Source of the DNA: an uncultured Cocleimonas sp.
GTDB taxonomy: Bacteria > Pseudomonadota > Gammaproteobacteria > Thiotrichales > Thiotrichaceae
Reading direction: 5' to 3'
Assembly: GCA_964585525.1 (NCBI GenBank)
Contig: CAZPEE010000001.1
Span: 7,050 to 64,550 of the forward strand
DNA length: 57,501 bases
Shown: positions 52,864 to 57,501 of the stretch, one piece after another
Position numbering within the stretch: the stretch's first letter is position 1
Layout of the letters: every line of letters starts with the position of its first letter
Program-made: the position numbers and the translations under genes
Notes under the pieces: model-generated
The model's input: the letters and a program-made list of their open reading frames with translations, nothing else
The model's database searches: none
Told to the model about the DNA's origin: nothing

Positions 52864-52877
52864 TACTTGGCTCTCCT

Positions 52878-53231
<354 letters not shown>

Positions 53232-53299
53232 CTAATAAATAATAATATCCGGGAATACGGGGGTATTTCCGGCACAAGCGTTATTGCTAAACGTTTTAA

Positions 53300-53316
53300 C
53301 GCAAGTTATGTGCCAA
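53300..53316 (-). promoter_or_regulatory. Sigma54 -24/-12 promoter of glnK-amtB
   Basis: Minus strand TTGGCACATAACTTGCG matches TGGCAC-N5-TTGC. Confidence 0.9.
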
Positions 53317-53387
53317 CAATCGGAATGCTTGCATTTCGAGTAGAAAAGGCTGTTTTATTGGGATTATGATGGGAGCCATCTTGATCC

Positions 53388-53436
53388 TGCACAATAATAG
53401 TGCATAATTAAGATGCGTGCGAACTTTTATGGTGCA
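53388..53436. promoter_or_regulatory. Tandem NtrC binding sites (enhancer)
   Basis: TGCACAATAATAGTGCA (53388-53404) and CGAACTTTTATGGTGCA (53420-53436), 32 bp centre to centre. Confidence 0.85.
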
Positions 53437-53548
53437 ACTATTTTAGGCTTTAAAAACAGCAGCCGTTGATTAAAAAGGGTTCTGTGTCTATTGAAAATAA
53501 TATATGGAGTGACCAAAGTAGGCATGAAGCTTGCAGAGAATAACCAAG

Positions 53549-54634
53549 ATGCCAGATAAAATCCGCCAGAAAAATACCATTTTCTCCGATACCATAAGTG
53601 ATGCGCTAAGCACTGCTGTGATTGTTTTAGATACATCTCTAAAAATCATGCATATGAACGCTTCAGCAGAAAATTTATTCGGACAAAGCCGGGCGCGTGT
53701 CGTGGGAAGGCCTTATTCGTCTTTACTGAAAGAAAATATCGTCAAGCAACATTTGCAATATGTGATTGATAATAAGGAGCCGCAAACGCTACGCGAATGC
53801 CGCTTGCAGGGAAAACATTACGAAAGTATTACTGCCGACTGCAATGCAAGCCCCTTGTTTAAAAAAGGGAAATTACAGGGTATTGTGCTGGAGTTGCACC
53901 GGGTTGACCATCAATTACGCATTTCACGCGAAGAACAATTACTTGCCCAGCAGGAAGCCACCCAGACGCTAGTCCGTGGCATGGCGCATGAAATAAAAAA
54001 CCCGCTGGGCGGTTTGCGTGGTGCAGCACAATTGCTGGAGGCCGAGCTTGAAAGCGAAGCACTCAAAGAATATACGCACATTATCATTTCAGAAGCAGAT
54101 CGTTTACAAACGCTGGTTGATCGCATGCTTGGTTCCCGAGAACCCATTAACTACGAAGAGATCAATATTCATGAAGTGCTGGAAAGGGTGCGCAAATTAA
54201 TCAGTGCCGATATCCCCAAAGGCGTGAATTTACGCTTTGATTATGACCCAAGCATTCCAGACCTGCATGCCGACCGTGACAAACTGATTCAGGTAGTCCT
54301 GAATATCGTTGGTAATGCGATTAAAGCGGTGGGTGAAGAAGGCAATATACTGTTTCGCACCCGTGTTTTACGCAACTATACGATTAACCAGGTGACCCAT
54401 CGCCTCGCCTTGCGCCTGGAAGTGATTGACGATGGTCAAGGTGTTCCAGAAGCGATTCAGGACAAACTGTTTTATCCCATGATTAGTGGCTCGGCAGAAG
54501 GGACTGGGCTGGGGTTATCCATCGCCCAGTCAATTGCCAACAAGCATCATGGCGTAATTGAGTTTGAATCCGAAGAGGGCAAAACACGTTTTATTTTATT
54601 GCTGCCCATTCGTCAAAAAACTGCGGAGAACTAG
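53549..54634 (+). CDS. ntrB: Nitrogen sensor kinase NtrB
   Basis: PAS domain, AHEIKNPLGGLRGAAQLL, DYDPSIP, GTGLGL. Confidence 0.95.
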   Translation: MPDKIRQKNTIFSDTISDALSTAVIVLDTSLKIMHMNASAENLFGQSRARVVGRPYSSLLKENIVKQHLQYVIDNKEPQTLRECRLQGKHYESITADCNASPLFKKGKLQGIVLELHRVDHQLRISREEQLLAQQEATQTLVRGMAHEIKNPLGGLRGAAQLLEAELESEALKEYTHIIISEADRLQTLVDRMLGSREPINYEEINIHEVLERVRKLISADIPKGVNLRFDYDPSIPDLHADRDKLIQVVLNIVGNAIKAVGEEGNILFRTRVLRNYTINQVTHRLALRLEVIDDGQGVPEAIQDKLFYPMISGSAEGTGLGLSIAQSIANKHHGVIEFESEEGKTRFILLLPIRQKTAEN

Positions 54635-56089
54635 ATGACTGAAAAAATATGGATCGTTGATGATGACCAGTCGATCCGCTGGGTATTGCAACGTGCCCTG
54701 GAAAAAGCGCAAATGGAAGTACGTTCTTTTGAGCATCCCAGTGATTTACTGTTTGCTTTACAGTCAGCTACCCCGGAAGAACAACCCGAAGCCATTATTA
54801 GCGATATTCGTATGCCGGATATGGATGGCTTTGAACTGTTAAAAAAAGTACAGTCTAATCAGCCAGGTCTGCCTGTCATCATCATGACAGCGCATTCGGA
54901 TATGGATAGTGCAATGTCTGCCTACGAAAGTGGTGCGTTTGAATACCTGCCAAAGCCTTTTGATGTCAATGAAGCTATTGCGCTGGTTAAACGCGCTTGC
55001 GATGTAACACGTCAGAATAAAGAAAAAGGCTCCACTTATTCAGCAAGTGAACCGGATGTAGAAAAAAACGTTTCTGATGAAACCATCAGCCAGCAGGAAA
55101 TTATCGGAAAATCCACTGCCATGCAGGAGATGTTTCGTACCATCGGGCGCTTAAGCAAAACCAGCCTTTCGGTGCTGGTTACGGGTGAATCAGGCACAGG
55201 TAAAGAGTTGGTTGCCAAAGCACTGCACCGGCATAGCCCCCGTGCCGGTCAGCCATTTATTGCCATTAACACAGCAGCAATACCCAAAGACTTGTTGGAA
55301 TCCGAACTTTTTGGTCACGAAAAAGGTGCATTTACCGGCGCTCAGGCGCAACGCAAGGGGCGTTTTGAACAGGCGAATGGTGGCACACTGTTCCTTGATG
55401 AAATTGGTGATATGCCGGCAGAATTACAAACCCGTTTGTTGCGTGTGCTGGCAGATGGTGAGTTTTACCGGGTCGGAGGGACACGCCCGGTGAAAGTCGA
55501 TGTGAGGGTGGTTGCGGCAACCCATCAGGATCTGGAAAAACACGTAAAAAAAGGTGTATTTCGTGAAGACTTGTTTCATCGGCTGAATGTTATCCGCGTT
55601 CATATCCCTGCCCTTAGGGAACGCGGTGAAGATATTATCATTTTGCTGGAACATTTTTTACAACAAGCTGCGGATGAAATGCAACTGGAGCCTAAAAAGC
55701 TTAATCAACAGGTCCGTGATTTTTTGCTCAAACTTACCTGGCCTGGCAATGTGCGGCAACTGGAAAATATCAGCCGCTGGCTTATGGTAATGGCTACAGG
55801 GCGCGAAATAACCATGGATGACCTACCATCAGATTTACATACTCAGACGGACACGGGCAAAAACAAACATAATGATTGGCAACAGCTTTTAAGCAAAAAT
55901 ATTACACAACGCCTGATGCAGGGTGATGTCCGAATCCTTGATGAATTAACACCGGAATTTGAACGCATTGCCCTAAATGCTGCCCTGCAACAAACGGGCG
56001 GCCGTAAAAAAGATGCGGCAGAATTGTTAGGCTGGGGTCGCAACACCTTGACACGTAAGTTAAAAGAACTGGGTAATACCGACACCTGA
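54635..56089 (+). CDS. ntrC: Nitrogen response regulator NtrC
   Basis: [11 protein letters not shown] receiver, [26 protein letters not shown]. Confidence 0.97.
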   Translation: MTEKIWIVDDDQSIRWVLQRALEKAQMEVRSFEHPSDLLFALQSATPEEQPEAIISDIRMPDMDGFELLKKVQSNQPGLPVIIMTAHSDMDSAMSAYESGAFEYLPKPFDVNEAIALVKRACDVTRQNKEKGSTYSASEPDVEKNVSDETISQQEIIGKSTAMQEMFRTIGRLSKTSLSVLVTGESGTGKELVAKALHRHSPRAGQPFIAINTAAIPKDLLESELFGHEKGAFTGAQAQRKGRFEQANGGTLFLDEIGDMPAELQTRLLRVLADGEFYRVGGTRPVKVDVRVVAATHQDLEKHVKKGVFREDLFHRLNVIRVHIPALRERGEDIIILLEHFLQQAADEMQLEPKKLNQQVRDFLLKLTWPGNVRQLENISRWLMVMATGREITMDDLPSDLHTQTDTGKNKHNDWQQLLSKNITQRLMQGDVRILDELTPEFERIALNAALQQTGGRKKDAAELLGWGRNTLTRKLKELGNTDT

Positions 56090-56109
56090 TAACAGGAGGC
56101 AAAAAAATA

Positions 56110-56775
56110 ATGACATTACCTGCCGAAATAGTTAAAACAGCTGATAACAATGATTTCACCATCATCTGGTTACATGGCCTGGGTGCTGACGGGCATGATT
56201 TTGTGCCTCTGGTTCCAGAATTAACATTGCCTGACTCACTGGCAGTAAAATTTATTTTTCCGCATGCGCCAGTCCGTCCGGTTACGGTTAATAACGGTTA
56301 TGAAATGCGCGCCTGGTATGATTTGTTATCTTTGGATGCAGATAAAACCGCCAAAAAAGACGATATTTTAAAAAGTGTTGCCGAGGTTAACGACTTAATT
56401 AACCAGGAAATTAATAATGGAACGCTTGCTAAAAACATCTTGCTGGCTGGTTTTTCACAAGGTGGTGTTATTGCGTTGCAATGTGGTTTGCGTTATCCGC
56501 AAAGGCTTGCGGGCATTATGGCACTCTCAACCTATCTTCCTTTTGGCAAGGATTTATTAGAAAAAGAAATGCATTCAGCCCAGCACGGTTTGCCAATCTT
56601 TGCGGCACACGGTGAACAAGATCCTGTTATTCCGTTTGCAAGCTGGCACGATTATGTGCCTAAACTTAAGGAAAAAGGGTTTGATGTAGAAGCGCATCAT
56701 TATCCGATGGAGCATGCGCTTTGTGCTGAGGAAATTCGCGATATTTCCAACTGGTTACAGAAAACACTTATTTGA
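56110..56775 (+). CDS. Phospholipase/carboxylesterase
   Basis: WLHGLGADG, GFSQGG, HG..D, MEH triad. Confidence 0.9.
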   Translation: MTLPAEIVKTADNNDFTIIWLHGLGADGHDFVPLVPELTLPDSLAVKFIFPHAPVRPVTVNNGYEMRAWYDLLSLDADKTAKKDDILKSVAEVNDLINQEINNGTLAKNILLAGFSQGGVIALQCGLRYPQRLAGIMALSTYLPFGKDLLEKEMHSAQHGLPIFAAHGEQDPVIPFASWHDYVPKLKEKGFDVEAHHYPMEHALCAEEIRDISNWLQKTLI

Positions 56776-57501
56776 GTGAATCAAAAAACCGTTCAGGACG
56801 AAAACGCCAGTTCCAGATTGCCCAGCTTTTTTTGGTAATAACAGACATCACGGTACTGGTTGCATGACCACGAATTTCAGAGCGTGGAATAAAACCGTAG
56901 CAACGGGAGTCCGCGCTGTTGTCCCGATTATCGCCCATGACAAAATAATGGTCTTCAGGTATTTTTATAGGTCGATTCATATCAGTGAGACAAGGGTAAC
57001 CGAGCTGTTCTTGTGGCGGATAATTTCTTAATGGATTGAAGTTGGCAAAGTGTGGTTTTACCTGGACAATATGTGGTTTAAGGTCTGTCCGCGACTCCAT
57101 CGCGTAAATACCATCAGTTTCTTTATCAATGGGACGTTTGGGTTCCAGTGTTTGATCTTTTGGATGGCTATATTCAGACTTTACGCCATTGATATAAAGC
57201 AGGTTGTTTTTGACTTCGATGGTTTCTCCTGGCAAGCCAACCAGTCGTTTAATCATGCGTTTTTTTGCCGCAGCTGAGGTAAACACAATAATATCGCCAC
57301 GTTTAGGCTCACCCAGCCGAACCAGCGATATATCGGTGAATGGAATCTGTAAATCGTAAGCCAGCTTATTTTCCCAAACCACATCGCCCTCCAGAATGGT
57401 GGGTTTCATGGAACCGGTTGGCACAGGATGCCAATCAGCAATTGCGCCACGGAAAATGAATAAAAAAGCCACAAAAATAAGGAAGGCTCTATTTTCTTTA
57501 A
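56768..57501 (-). CDS. lepB: Signal peptidase I (5' end beyond window)
   Basis: PTGSMKPT, MIKRLVG, MGDNRDNSADSR; frame stays open to the window end (KENRAFLIFV...). Confidence 0.9.
   Translation of the reverse strand, partial: KENRAFLIFVAFLFIFRGAIADWHPVPTGSMKPTILEGDVVWENKLAYDLQIPFTDISLVRLGEPKRGDIIVFTSAAAKKRMIKRLVGLPGETIEVKNNLLYINGVKSEYSHPKDQTLEPKRPIDKETDGIYAMESRTDLKPHIVQVKPHFANFNPLRNYPPQEQLGYPCLTDMNRPIKIPEDHYFVMGDNRDNSADSRCYGFIPRSEIRGHATSTVMSVITKKSWAIWNWRFRPERFFDSLK

Overview
A mostly core-genome window from an AT-rich gammaproteobacterium. A sulfur-globule-like protein at the left edge suggests a Thiotrichaceae-like sulfur oxidiser (inference). The window spans the replication origin region: ampG-xth-gyrB-recF-dnaN-[oriC]-dnaA on the minus strand and rpmH-rnpA-yidC-mnmE on the plus strand, with a perfect parS inside recF. 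Left of it are a three-gene chaperone-usher pilus cluster, an SAH-riboswitch-led metK-ahcY-metF operon, tkt-gap-pgk-pyk-fba, a lone CobH homologue lacking its catalytic His, and purC-gspC-apbE. Right of it are exported low-complexity proteins, Fur-boxed feoABC, cysQ-nudE/yrfG, lemA-DUF2207-RlpA-like, a divergent CaCA exchanger, lptM-lysA, and a glnK-amtB / ntrBC divergon with a sigma54 promoter and NtrC sites. I found no tRNA, rRNA, CRISPR array or transposase. The best novelty candidate is a ~100-nt GC-rich, strongly structured plus-strand RNA (51344-51439) convergent with amtB, whose exposed UCUUCUCC is complementary to the neighbouring glnK ribosome-binding site. All calls come from motif reading by eye; no searches were run.
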